Assembly (NCBI RefSeq): GCF_000485595.1
Contig: NW_014577066.1
Coordinates: forward strand, 600,076-664,075
Length of the DNA: 64,000 nucleotides
Reading direction: 5' to 3'
From: Priapulus caudatus
Taxonomy: Eukaryota
Of this stretch, positions 24,950 to 38,820 are shown piece by piece. Both the position numbers and the translations under genes were made by a program. Each line of letters opens with the position of its first letter. Position 1 is the stretch's first letter. The notes under the pieces were generated by a model. It ran no database searches, was not told where the DNA came from, and saw only the letters and a program-made list of their open reading frames with translations.

Positions 24950-25695
24950 GTGAGCGAATGTGAGCGCGTGTTTGCATAACTTTTTTAACATGCATTAGTA
25001 ACAAAATAACTAACATGATTTAATTAACATGTAGCGGTTATGTGTTAGGGGATGAATTCCATGACCAGAAATATATCGTCAAAGCATTTGGAAAAAAAGG
25101 AAACATTTTCGATTGTACATTATATAGTTGAATACATTAATGAATAAATAAATGTATTCAACTCTCATAGACCATTGTGCAATAAATAGTTGCGTTTCGA
25201 ACGGGATTTTCAAAGCTATGTCAATTTTACTTTTGCAATCGGTGCCGCCGGCAACGTCAAAACGTGTCGATAGGTTGCGCCACAGTCCTCCTCATGCCTA
25301 CTGACCCCTTTCCTTGCGCCTCGGAGCGCTGCCGGCGGGCAACTAACTGCGTCTTCGCTGGCCAGCCCAGTGACACAAAGCATCCGAGGCCGCTGACGGC
25401 AGCAGTCAGACAGCACGTCTGTAATTGCACGTGTGCGCGACGCACCGACGTTATAGAGACCTGCCGCCCTAGTGTGAAAGTTAGTTAGTGTTATACGGGT
25501 GTTAACGCCAAGGGCTGTATTGCATCCTAAGCGAGGAGAGATGGGCAATACTGCTGCAGAATGCTGGCTATATGCAGCAGCTACAATGCTGATGCTGATT
25601 AATTGGTGTTTCAACGCAATAGCAGCGAATGTAAACTGCAGAGAATTGCCGACAAAGCTTTCGCTGTATCGCGCTAGGAGACGTGGACTAGCGCC

Positions 25696-25937
25696 GTACT
25701 ACATTATGAATAGAAAAGTTGACTAGTGTTGTACTACATTATAAATAGAAAAGTTGACTAGTGTTGTACTACATTATGAATAGAAAAGTTGACTAGTGTT
25801 GTACTACATTATGAATAGAAATGTTTTCTCTTATTGTACTACATTATGAATAGAAATGTTTTCTCTTATTGTACTACATTATGAATAGAAATGTTTTCTC
25901 TTATTGTACTACATTATGAATAGAAAAGTTGGCTAGT
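25696..25937. repeat. 35-bp minisatellite, 7 copies, two unit variants
   Basis: gtactacattatgaatagaaa(agttgactagtgtt / tgttttctcttatt). Confidence 0.92.
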
Positions 25938-28094
25938 ATGTGTTACATCACGTTGAGAAACCTTGGCTAGTGCTGATCTACAACATGTAGAGAAACGTTG
26001 ACAAATGTCGCATTATATTTTCCTATTGTACCGCGATAGGATTGTCATTTTACTGCGAGGTCATGATGGCACGATTGCTGTTTATGTGTTTTATTGTAAA
26101 ACGATACGGACGTCACGTCTTACCGTTAATCATATCTATTCCTCGTGTATATACATTAACGAGAGCTATAATTATACTATGGGTATAAAACTATTGTGTA
26201 AATAATAGTATAATGCTATTGTGGGCACTTTGTATCGTGACATGGCGTCTATAGAATGGCGTTATTGAGCGAACACATAAAAATTCCGGACGGACCGCCA
26301 GGGAACCCCTTTCCTCTCGTAAGCTATATAGACTTTATTACGAGTCATTATGCACTTTTTACTGATGTGCGAAGAGCGTTAGTCTGGTAAGATTTCAACT
26401 CTCAAGATGCGAGTTCAAATTTTATTTCTATACTCTTCTTTTAAGTGATGGGCGCGCTATTGCTAATAAAAGGCGTTACTTTGGACGAAACGCATCGCTA
26501 GTCTAGCTCAATCGTTTCATTTGCATGCACTGCGCTATTTCGGTTGCGTGACCTATACGCCGAAGTGTGTGCTAACTTTACGTGCTAGTTATAGCCCCCA
26601 CTTGCCTCGCAGACTTCTACGCTTGCACGCAATCGTTCCTCTGAACAGGTTCAACGACATGGATATCTTCGAGCTCGCTGGCGGCTCGCTGTCCGTGAAA
26701 ATCTTCGCACACAATCGGTGTGTCGTAGTCAAATTTCAATAGGCAATAACGCGTTGACCCACTTATGGCCGTTTGTAACGCGGGTGCATGTGTGTGTGCG
26801 CGCGCGAGGGTGTGCGCGCGTGCATACATACTACTACGCGCGCATATATACGTGGGCGTTCGTACTGCGCGACCGCTTGCATTTTCACAGCCGAAAACCT
26901 CTGTTATTTGATAACACAGTCGATTGTATTAAAACAACCAGCCGTTTGTCTGATTAGCAATAGGGGTTGCCGATGCTAGTTAGACTTAACCTATCTACCC
27001 CGATTTACGTATGCAGTGGTTTTCATCAGCTTAAGCTTGAAACTCATAAACCACATGACAGCTGCGTTAATCTGCAATATATCTTCTTTGCTCCAACTAG
27101 CCTATATACCTCCACTAGTTCGCCTGTGACTGATTTGTGTGTATCCGCAACGCTTTCCGTAGTACACTACGAAGAGTGCCGCCACAAATCCGCTGTAGTG
27201 CGTTTTCGCGTGCGCGTGAACCGATTTCATAAATCCGTTTTCGCTCGGAGTCGGTTACAATCAGCGCGCGAGACAACGGGCGATTATTTCAATGAGGATC
27301 TAAACTATAAAGGAAAGTGCCCCACTTCGCAGCGACGACGACCCGGCGCGCGGCGCCCCGTGTAAAACATCGGCTGCCCTTTGCAGCGTTATTTTCACGA
27401 CTAATTGGTGCGCGATAATGCCGCCGCCAGTCGACAGTACTCGCGCTGTGCTCGCCCCATAGAAATCTAACTAAAATCTATTATAATAGGATGTCTATGG
27501 CTCGCCCACCGCGTGAATGACGCGAATGCATCTCGTAGACGGCCGCCGCTTCGTGTCGCTTCCCCGCGCGATGCAGAGAACGCGACGCTTGATGTCCGTA
27601 TATGGCACTGGGCGGGTACATCTGCCGCCTTCTCTCTCGCGCGCCGTAAAGGTGTCAGCGGCCGATTAAGGTCCGGAGTGGGATTAAGAGGATGATTTTC
27701 ACTCGCAATGTGGGTCTTGGCGGGCCGTTGACCAGCTGCCGAACTAGTAAAAGTGGTCGCCCCCCCCCCGACAGACAACGTGGCCCCGTGGTGGCGCTGC
27801 GATCGGTGGCTAAGCCATCCTCAGCCGTGATAAGAGGACGTGCGTGCGTACGTAATCCGAAGAAAGCGTGATCTGCACAGCAAGCGAACCAACAGTGCAA
27901 TATACAAGGGTGGCTTGCTCATGAGTGCTCCACTTGTGCCTCCGTAACGAGAGAGGCAGAGGGAAGCCTGGTGTGAGCGAGAGACAGGAATGAGAGAAAA
28001 GGAAAATGAGAATAAGGCAGAGATAGACAGAGAGTGGGGGTGAGAGAGTGAGCGATATAGGAATAAGAGGGAAAGAATGAGGGAAAGAAATGGA

Positions 28095-28135
<41 letters not shown>

Positions 28136-28280
28136 TGAGGAAAATGAGAAAAGTTGCAGAGCTAGAGGTTGCAGAGATAGATAGAGAGGAAGGGTGAACG
28201 AATGAGCGATAGAAGCGAGAGGGAAAAAAAGAGGGAGAGAGGGAAAGAGAGAGAAGGACAAGAGCGAGAGCGAGAGCGAG

Positions 28281-28335
<55 letters not shown>

Positions 28336-28345
28336 NNNNNNNNNN

Positions 28346-28386
<41 letters not shown>

Positions 28387-31115
28387 ACGGTGAGTAAAAT
28401 AATTGGAAAGAAGAGAAAGCAACGAATAGCACTCAAAACTTTTGGTGGTGCGGGTATGGTTTCAACTATGGTTTGACTGGTGTGAGTATTAAGCTCCGCC
28501 TATATGCCACTCGTGTTGTGTCCACAAAAGTGTCAGCAAAGAGCAAAGTGTCTGTGCAGCTGCTTGAAACATTAGAAAAGCGGGAATTTTGTTCCCCCCC
28601 CCCCGGAATATAAGAAATAGCATCCCGGATGTTGGAAATTCCAGATCTTTCTCGGTCTGTCATGCCTCCACACCGCCTAATTACCCAGTGCAGCTTATCG
28701 ATATCAAATAAACCCTCACGAATTTAATTTAACCGACTAGCTAGCCCTGGGGTAGATTACAAATAACCGCCGCCATGCTGCTAGATGCCATTCACCGTTT
28801 AGTTGTGCCAACTGCGTCGCAACGCAGCAGCCATTCTGCGATGTCTTCGTCACCCGACCCAGTCGCCGAGTGCCAGTTGCAAGCATGCGTGCGTCCCAAC
28901 GCGCTTCCAATAGTTCCAACGACCATGATTAACGGCGGTTTCTCTGCTGTGTTGTCGTCATGGTCGTCATGGCTGCGGGGCTGGCATTGTCCGACGTTCG
29001 CGGTCACGTGGATGCGTCGTTTGTCATCTGCATGCTGATTACCGCCGCCGGCCTTCGCCGTGACAACGAAATACGGACCGTTGTTGATCATCGCGTGTGT
29101 GTATCTCGGCACTATCTCGCTGGCTTTGGCTGGGATGGCAGTGGCAGTAAGGCTGGTATCAACTTCTGAGACAGCAGGATCTTAGCTGTGTTTTTTCGAG
29201 GCATGCTATAAGAAGCTGCGTTGGTCTGGTCGATTTGATGGGACGGGGGGAAAGCCGAGTGGTTAATTAAAGGGAAAACATGCAGGAAGCTGATCCGTAA
29301 TTAGGGCCGGTGGAGTATGGAGGAAGCTGATTGGTTATTAAAGGGGGAAGTATAAAGTAAGCTTAGTGGCTATCGAGGGTGAAGTATAGAGGAAGTCGAT
29401 TGGTTATTAAGGGAAACGTAGAGACGAAGCTGGTTGGTCATTAATGGGAAAGTACGAACAAAGCTGAGTGGTTATTATGTGACGTAGGGTGTAATGAGGA
29501 CATTGTCGTTGCTTCAGCGGATGCTAAGGAGGAGGGAAGTTTGTTGAGAGCCGATCCACATGCAGCAGGTTCTGCTAGTATTATGCGTATATGCCTCACC
29601 CTGCCGCTTAATGAAGCGTACATGTCATTGATGAGAGAGTGCTGTGACATTGAACCACATCTCACAATCAACGTTATCCTGCCAAGTCCATGTGATTTTC
29701 TACCGGCTCAGCATATGCGCAAAGCAATTAACAAATTTCTTTGCCAAGGCTCTAACTCTTTTGTAGTAGCGCATGTTAGTTGTGATCAGGCAAGGGGGAA
29801 TTATAATCCGGGAGGATTTCTCGCCATCGAGAGTCGCGTAGTGCATTCTGGGACGTGATGGGGGAGGGGTGGGGTAGGTGGGGGCGAAATCGCTATACGT
29901 GCCGGGAGAATCGCTTTGACGACATTAACCTCCTAACGTCATACTGTAATAAATATTCGCTGCATTAAAATTCGTTTTCGATTGTTAGGAATAGTAACGC
30001 GAAACACGGGGAATGTATCGTCTCTGCGTCAGTCTCTATGCGAAGCGCATTTTGCGAGTCATAAAACCTCGTTTTACTAATGAAATCTTAATGGATTTCT
30101 CACCGCAAATCGCATCGACTATATGAGAATGGCGATGAGAGGCAGGCAAGCGCGCTAGAGCGCTGCAGCTATTTAGGCTTCTGTGTCCCGAACGCCCGCG
30201 AAATGACAAAGAGTAAGTTTGCCGTGGCGTATCGTAGTCTACACTTCACGTAAACTCGTTCTTGCAAAAATAACTTCATCAAGCATCGACGCACTCTCGC
30301 TATTCGTTTGCGTCGCGCTGACCCAGTCGGGAGAGAGTGGCAGCGACTTTGATGTCATAAACTGATGAATGCCGGTCTCCGCGCGTCCGATCCCTACGCT
30401 GAACCGATCGTCGTTAAAGTCGAAGATCTATCGAAAATTTATGGAAATGTATGGGCTGCTTAATGTCGTTCAAAATTCTCGGCGCGAGCGCATGACACAT
30501 TTCCGTAAGCACGCGCGGCGTGAGGTGGGCCGTAACGCTTGGCGGCTGTCGACGTTTGGTGTAGCGGGGGTTTGCCGACGTGACACACGCACCCGGCAAT
30601 TAACCCCTTATCTCCTCGCATCTGGGGAGGGGGTGACAAAGGACAATGCTGTTGACAAGTTGACAGCGACCGGGTAATCCCTGTGGGCGGTGTCGTGCGT
30701 CTGTCGTGGCCGTGATGGGAGGCTGCGTACATCATCCATCAACTCGCGGTGAGAGAGTGCATGGTGACTATACTGTGTCGTACGCATCCTGATCCGTGTC
30801 CATCGGCATGGGTCCCATCACCGCTACCCCCACGCGGATTCCTGGAACTGTCTCGACCGGAGGTCCTATTCATTCCTAAACACGGTCACCTTCACTGGAC
30901 CGTGGCATACAGAGTGTGCTAACGTCGCATGGTAAAAAAACACGAACGGACTCTCGTGCTCCGGCTCTAACGATAGCCGCTATGACTTGTGCGTACGTCT
31001 TGCTCGGTGCGTGTCGATATGTGGAGGAAATTCCGTTCCTACTGTATTACTCGCTTTTTTTTTATCTGCACACTTACAATTGCCATGGGATCTTCTTCTT
31101 TGCTTTCTCTACGCA

Positions 31116-31150
<35 letters not shown>

Positions 31151-31852
31151 TCCCTCGGTCACACACTGTCTCATTCTCACAATCTCTGTCTCTCTCACGC
31201 ACGCGCTTTCTCTCTCTCTCTCTCGCTCTATTTTCATCGCTTTTGTCAATTCTCGTTACTAAATGTCCATCCTTTCTATTCGACCGGTCTGATTCGAGTT
31301 CGTTATTATATGGTCTGTCTTACACGAGTGCCTCTATAGTCTACCTCACGCCAGTACCTCTAGTATAAATCACAACAGTAGTTCTCTGGTTTAGCCTGGG
31401 TCACCGTCTCTTCGGTCTGAGTTGATGGGTTTAATGGTCCTTCTCGCGGCCGCTACACTCGTGCGTGCGTGCAATTCTTACGCTTGACCTTCTGCTTTAG
31501 TCGCAGTGCAATTCGACGTGCCGGTGTCGACGCGTCGGAATCGTCTATCTAACACCGACGCGAAGGTTTTTTCGCTCTGCTCGCAAGTTCTTTTGACAGG
31601 CGGCACGCTATTGTAGTCGACTGTCGCAATTACTCGGCACGAGACAGTGCATGTGCGCAGTAAAGTGTGAGCCATATGCAGGAATGTTGGGGGGACGGGT
31701 TATTTCGGCTGATAGGGTCTATGTCTCCTTGGGTACTGCCGGACACTGCGGCTGCTGTTGTCAATAACAACAATCAATAATATCAACAATCAACAAACAA
31801 TAATGTCAGTAACAATAACAGCAGTTAGTGGCAACATTAGTAGCAGCAACAA

Positions 31853-32400
31853 CAATAGCAGCCTCAGTGTCCGGCAGTACCCAGGGAGACAGACACTATC
31901 ATCGTTACTTCGTATGGGTTGCTCCTATAACGTAATGAGTGCTGTTTGTCGGAGAGATGGTGCCCGGGTAATGGTTCGCTCGGGTAGTGGGTCGCCTTAC
32001 GTGTTGGTGGGTGTCGTTTCCAGCGAACTTGAAAGGAAAGGGGGTCTTCTTTGGTGTAGGATTGTTTTACGTGGTGTTTGGCGCCGCATTCAGGAGTGTT
32101 GCAGGTGGCGCGTCCCATCGTGTGAGTTGTTCGTGAGTGTGATGGCGCACGCTGTTTCCAGGAGAGTCGCAGAGGAAAAGGTCAGTCGTGAACGGCGGTC
32201 TTATGTGATGGCGGATACCGATCCCGGGAATGTTAAAGGGGGAGTGGTAGGAAATGGTGATCCGTGGCGTAGTTCTGTGCAGGAGTGTCACGTTCCCGTG
32301 TGTGGTGAAATAAAAACGGATCGCGTGATGTTTTGTGCTACGTGTAGGTTGATCTAAGAAGGCAAGTAGGCCTGTCGTCATCCATTAAGTAAGTCAAGGT
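31853..32400 (-). mobile_element. Decayed 3' end of a non-LTR retrotransposon (tentative)
   Basis: C/A-rich minus strand with broken frame ..RLSW...TCNTPECGAKHHVK/TILH (zinc-knuckle-like), ending in a simple-repeat (TTG/CTG) tail. Confidence 0.45.
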
Positions 32401-32450
32401 AGAGGCTGGTGGGATATTCACAGGTATGGGGGAAGGTGGATATATCCATT

Positions 32451-32520
<70 letters not shown>

Positions 32521-33169
32521 ATTTTGTAACGTTGTAGGAACATAAAGAATACCACACAAAGTTACGTTCCTATAATGTTGCACAAAACGTTTTCGGAACA
32601 TTAGTGCAACGTTGTGCGAACGTTTCCAGAGCGTGATTTACTTAGCTGCGTAAGCCGAGTGGGGTTAAGTCATACGTGATAAAATTCGATGTTGTGTGCT
32701 AATTCTATCTAAATAACAATCTTTCGTGGATATGTTAACTGGTGTTACAATGCTACGTTAGTCTGAGCAACAAGCTCAAGTGGACGAAATTAAATAGGGA
32801 AACCTATAAGAAAACCGCGCGTGTATACGTGTAATAGATTGTGCACGTGAGCTTGTCCACGTATCGAGCTAACGTAATTGATTATGCTAATCCAAGCTTA
32901 CGTAAGCTTTGTTTTCACGCGTTACTAGCTTACATGAGTGATGTTACCTTCTGTAAAAATTCCGTAAACGTGTGCAATGTTATGTAAGTGTGTACAGGTA
33001 ATTTTTAAAGTGCGTGGACGCGCTCTATACCTTTTGTGCGGCAAGTTCAGGTAAATATCTTGGGAATGTATCCTGGCATACATCGCGTAGCTTGCTAGTT
33101 TATGTAAGTGTGGCCAACAATCAAATTTGTAATCTGTACGGGTATTATATGTAACAATCTTGTCGATGT

Positions 33170-33870
33170 GCGTTAGCTTCCGTGCGCGTGGCTAGCTTAT
33201 GTAACCGGCGCCTGGCACTGCGTTAGCTTACGTAAGTGTGGTTAGCTTACGTAAGTGCGCTAGCTTACGTAAGTGTGGCTAGCTTACGTAAATGTGGCTA
33301 GCTTACGTAAGTGTGGCTAGCTTACGTAAGTGTGGCTAGCTTATGTAACAATCTTATCGATGTATGTTAGCTTACATAGTATACTCGTGCTAGCTTACGG
33401 TAAAAGTGGCTAGCTTACGTAACATGGGCGTGTAACTGCGCTAATGTAACAATCTTATCGATGTGTGTTAGCTTACATAGTATACTCGTGCAAGCCTACG
33501 TAAGTGTAGCCAACTTATGTAACAATCTTGTCGATGTGTGTTAGCTTACATATTATACTCGTGCTAGCTTACGTAAGTGTAGCCAACTTATGTAACAATC
33601 TTATCGATGTGCGTTACCTTACATAGTATACTCGTGCTAGCTTACGTAAGTGTGGCCAACTTATGTAACAATCTTGTCGATGTGTGTTACCTTACATAGT
33701 ATTCTCGTGCTAGCTTACGTAAGTGCGCTAGCTTACGTAAGGGTGACTAGCTTATGTAACAATCGTATCGATGTATGTTAGCTTACATAGTATACCCGTG
33801 CTAGTTTACGTAAGTGTGGCTATCTTACGTAAGTGCGCTATCTTACATAAGTGTGGCTAGCTTACGTGCG
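33170..33870. repeat. Composite satellite built on palindromic GCTAGCTTACGTAAGT units
   Basis: ~18-20 bp units and a ~70-bp higher-order unit (..tgtaacaatcttatcgatgtgtgttagcttacatagtatactcgt..). Confidence 0.9.
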
Positions 33871-34459
33871 CAGGTAAGAGCTAGGTTCATCGCTGCTGCG
33901 CTGGCGTACACGCGTGACTTAGAAGTAGCTGCGGCCTCCCTCCCTCCCGCGCGAGCAGGCAGCGTGTAAGTGGAGCGTGACAGCTCGCGTGGATTAGCAG
34001 ACGCCGTCACACACACGGCGCCCGTCAGTCACGCAGCCGCTGCCGCCCGACACTCGTTTGTGCCTAACAGCTTAACACAGCCCGCTGGATATATACCTGT
34101 CGACGGAAAAGTATTCAAACTGTGAAGAGATTTGCTGTGAGATAGTGTGCGGAGGAGTGCGTTCTCCGATGATGGCTTAGCGAGAATGCTCACGTCGGTG
34201 TGTCGTATGGATGCGTGAGTGGTGTGGTTGACCGGTCGATGGACGAGGGGGAAGCGTACAGGTGCCTGCTCATATATACAACGAAATTAACCTAAGGTAG
34301 GTTTTTCTCAGGGCAGCATTTCGTTATGTCACAGTGATAGGCATCGGAAGTCAGTAGAGGTAATACAGCGTCCGCTATAGCTTCTGAGTTACCGCACGTG
34401 CTATACGGTGTCAAGCTACTTGCACATACGGTATCTACCGTGCTACATGATGCTAATGC

Positions 34460-34597
34460 CACAGGCACTTGAAGCGTTTCAATAAAATATATACGCAGGG
34501 GTATATATATATATATATATAGCTATATATAACTGTAGCCGTGCACAGCACACGACCCCTGCGTATATATTTTATTGAAACGCTTCAAGTGCCTGTG
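34460..34597. mobile_element. Short MITE of the CACAGGCACTTG family, 8-bp TSD
   Basis: ~43-bp perfect inverted arms; TSD GCTAATGC (34452-34459, 34598-34605). Confidence 0.9.
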
Positions 34598-34652
34598 GCT
34601 AATGCCGTCATCAATAGCTAAAAATACATGCAGTATTAGCTATTGATATTAT

Positions 34653-34704
34653 CAGGAGTAAGATAATATAGGCTATATATTAGGCCTATATTATCTTACT
34701 CCTG
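34653..34704. mobile_element. Hairpin remnant (P-like excision footprint), CAGGAGTAAGATAAT arms
   Basis: 21-bp perfect arms, 10-nt loop; TSD degenerate (ATATTAT / ATATGTG). Confidence 0.6.
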
Positions 34705-34940
34705 ATATGTGCAGTGTGAGGACTGCCGTCAACTAGGCCTATATGTTATATTTCCTGGGATTCCAATACATGACAACGTAAGGAATGACTTTAAAAATGC
34801 CCCAGTTCATTAAGAGGTTGGTGTAAACCCTCAGTGTTCGTAGGTAGAGCGTATAGCTGTCTGTAATATTGTTGTCGAAGCCAAGAGCGTGGAATACACA
34901 ACATAACGCGAGCACACGAACATACGCACGCACGCGCACA

Positions 34941-34984
<44 letters not shown>

Positions 34985-35070
34985 CACACACACGCACACA
35001 CAAACATACGTGCGCACGCACGCACGCATATACACACAGGCATGTAAACAACAGAGACTCAGGTATCACG

Positions 35071-35129
<59 letters not shown>

Positions 35130-36379
35130 GTCGTTCTGGGACACGCGTGCGATAATTTAACACGATTAGTTAGTCTCGCTATCCAACACTAGAATTTATA
35201 GTTCAAGGTTCGATTGCCGATTATCTTGCGGTTGCTATAGCACCGCATCTGTACTTTGAATGCGGACGTGAAGCGGCAACGTTGAGATAGCGTCAGCGTT
35301 GCCTACTCTCTGCACGCTGGTTACCTATCACACACGTTATTACATCGTCACGTCACAAGTGGAGCATGTGATTAGTCTATACAGTGGCATGACAGTTATG
35401 TGATGAGTACACGCGTATCGCTACTCTATCTCACCGCGCCCATATCGAAGTAGACGTGTTTATCGTGAACGAGTTAGCGCGTTGCCGTTCCGCTATAACT
35501 CACCTGAACTTATGTTATCGGAATTCGTCTGCTGACACAGGACTTTACTGGTAACGCTCTTCATTTCGTTCTTACCTAAGCAGTGCTTAGCAGTTCTTAC
35601 CTCGATCAGCTTATAACTTATACCTTATTATACCTATACCGTATACCTTATATCTTAGCTTAACACCTTAATACCTTACACCTTAATAGTTTAATAGCTT
35701 ACACCTTAATACCTTAGCTTAAAAGCTTAACACCTTATAACAGCTTAATACCTTATGCCTAACACTAGCGATTGTTTTTCTATTAGAGCCAATGGACATA
35801 ATGTTAAGAGGATGTTTGTAATGTTTCCTGTCTCAGCATACCCAGTCTCGATCTTCCAAACAACTTAAAACCAGTACGAGTAAGAATCGGTTCAAACGTG
35901 TGTTTCAACAACACGCGAGACGTTAAAAGCCGGAACGAAGCGAAGTGTTATGTGGCTGGCTGATTCAATTACGGTATGTCGTAACGGAATAGCAATCGGC
36001 CTAAACGGGCCGCAAAAGCCTAAACGGGGGCTATTTGATTGAAATCACCAGCTCGTGCAACTGTAACCGTAGGCGGTGGTGGTCGTCGTTTGTCGTATAC
36101 CCAGCCCTTCCCTCGCGATCGCTACATCGCTCGCCATCAAAATGCGCCTCTCGTCTGTGCTGATCGGCTGTTGATCGGCTTTTGATCAGTCAGCTACTGA
36201 CCTTCCAACGTCAGTCTCGGAATCAGGCCATAACTGCAGGCAAACGTTGTGGCGTCCTGTATTGATGTTGCAGTGCGCTTTCGTTTGCGCTCGCAAACTT
36301 ACGATGGCAAATTGTTATCGACATAAACTATTTGTAGTATTAATAATAATGTTTATTATATATATATATAATATATATA

Positions 36380-36414
<35 letters not shown>

Positions 36415-36770
36415 AGCGAGACGGAATAAATGGGAGGAGAGTGTAAGCGGTAGAAAGTGACCTCGCCATCGCGCTTGTCACAAAAATAAAGAGCACAACG
36501 TTCTCGCGGTAGAGCTTGATAGCTCGGCTTACGCGCTCTTCCTCTTTTTCTCTCTCGCTCGCGCGCTCTGTTTCTCTTTCTCCCTCTTGCTGCCTCTCTC
36601 TTGGTTTTCTCCCTCTCGCTTTCCCGGGATCTGTCTTCTTTTCTCCTAGTCCGTCTCCCTCCCGCGCCTCGCTCTCTTTGAAGGTAGAGGTTTGATCTGG
36701 TACTGTCATAGATGAAAGGCGCATATATATTCGCTTCAGAAGTATGAAGCAATGCAGATGCACACACACA

Positions 36771-37045
36771 CAGTGGCGCCCGCAGATAGAAGCACTGGAA
36801 GCACAGTGCTTCCAGTAAATTTTGGGTTAAACAATTTTGTTCCTACATTTTGTTCCTAAATCTCTCTCGCAAGACTCACCAGATTGCATCTCCAGTCGTC
36901 TACCATTCAAACATTTTCAGAGGGGGGGCATGTCCCCAGACCCCCCTAGCATGCAGCGCGCCTACGGCGCTTGCTTTTTATTATCACTGAGGATTTTATC
37001 CTTCTGCATGTGCTTCTACTCTCTTAAGACCTGTGGGCGCCAGTC
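36771..37045. mobile_element. hAT-like MITE inserted in a (CA)n tract
   Basis: TIR CAGTGGCGCCCGCAG / CTGTGGGCGCCAGTC, CACACACA on both sides, internal GGGGGGCATGTCCCCAGACCCCC hairpin motif. Confidence 0.7.
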
Positions 37046-38306
37046 CACACACATATATATGGTCAGTTACTGGAAGAACAAATTTACTGGCATGTGATAC
37101 ACGACTCGACAGTAGGCTTACTCAGTATAATCGCAGGTGCAATGTGGTAAGAACACTAATTTAAAGATAGCTACACGGCCACATAAGCGCTAAGGCTAAA
37201 TACGGGCCGACCTAGCTTGAAGGTACTAAGTCTGTGCACTGCATGGTGTATAAGACCAAAAACACTGAACGAGGTGCGATCGGTCGTAAAAGCACGTCAT
37301 AGGTGGGCCACGGGCCGTCAAGCCTGTATGTTAGAACTGACCTGTGACCCAAGACGATTGACCTTCGACCTTTGGAGGTCCAGTTACGAGTTAAACCGAT
37401 CGCGCAGCAGCAGTGTGTTATTTATTGCATTTGTCACTATGTGGGTCGGCGCGTATGAAATTGTCGCACGTGTTGCTAATCGTTTCGCAGACGCGATGAA
37501 CAATAATCGTGTATAATTATCGCACAACGTGACACGTCGTTAGAGTGTCGTATCAGTGTCACTGCTCGCGCATGTGCGTCGTCTCTGTAGAGTTCAGAGC
37601 GTCATTCAGTACGGTGTAATAGCACAGCAGAGCACGCATTGACTCGCGTACGTGCTGAGCGAGCGAGCGAGCATCCATCGATCTACCCGTGAAGCGGTTC
37701 TGTGTTAATCGGCGTGCTCTGGTTTCCCGACGTACGTGGTAACTAATCATGCGTTAATGAGCGGCAGGCGATCGCTAAGCATCGCCACCGAGGCCATCTC
37801 TTACGTCTCGGCTCGGCCGACGGTGCTAACTACTCGAGCAGCGTCGCTGACACACACACACACACACACCACACGCAGAGCGACGCACACGCACACGCAC
37901 TATCGTCCACGACCACACACGCACAACGCGCACGGCGCAACGCACGCACGGCCCCGAGCGGAGCGCACAGGCACAGCACACGGCGCGCGCAACACACACA
38001 CGCAGCACGCATGTACACAGCAGCCGCGCGCACACGCACACGCAGCACGCACACGCGCAGCGACGCAATAACGCACACATGCCACAGGGATGTGTTGAGA
38101 CGCACGTACACCGAGACTTATCTGCATGTTTGCTCTTTGAGCAACTCGCAGGCAGGCACAGCAGGAGACTCGTTGACTTGTTAAAATGGGGGTGATACTC
38201 CATTATGAGTGAATGTTGCCCCACTTTAATGTCATTGAAGGTGCATAATAACACATATAGTTATATTATATGTCTCATGATATTTAGTTTTGTGGTTTAA
38301 TGTCAT

Positions 38307-38413
38307 TTAGGTTAGGGTTAGGGTTAGGGTTAGGATTATTAATCATTAATCATTAATCATTAATCATTAATCATTAATCATTAATCATTAATCATTAATC
38401 ATTAATCATTAAT
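38307..38413 (+). repeat. Short (TTAGGG)n run followed by (TTAATCA) x ~10
   Basis: Read directly from the sequence. Confidence 0.9.
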
Positions 38414-38820
38414 GATATCAAAGTTAGGAGCACTCCTAATGGAGCGTTAGCCTAAAATGGCGGCTGCTAAAAGATCGAAAAGTGAAATCCACTGATTTGC
38501 CGATACGCACTGTAGCGTAATCACATTTGTTTGCTCATGCTGTACAACCATCGATGTCTCTGTAGATCCACGCTCGCTGTAACCTTCCCGTTTTCACCGA
38601 CATTGCATTGTTCGCCTTTAGCGTTGTCGTTAGCAAAGGCGCGTTCACAGAGGGAGCAGTGATCGGGGTTAATATCGCGGAAGGTTCGCGGATGTTTCCG
38701 TGTGTTACCGGATGTTAACAACTGTTGTTCGGTGTCGCCGGGTGTTGCTGATTGTTGCTGATTGTTGCCGGGTGTTGTCGGTGTGGCCGCTGTATTAGTG
38801 ACTGTTGCTGCGTGTTAGCG

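Noticed and set aside
30362..30400. CTGATGA hammerhead ribozyme core (also near 20254 and 49317)
   Set aside because: No correctly placed stem II and GAAA.
31758..32357. 199-aa + strand ORF
   Set aside because: Low-complexity start and antisense to a probable LINE remnant; no domain.
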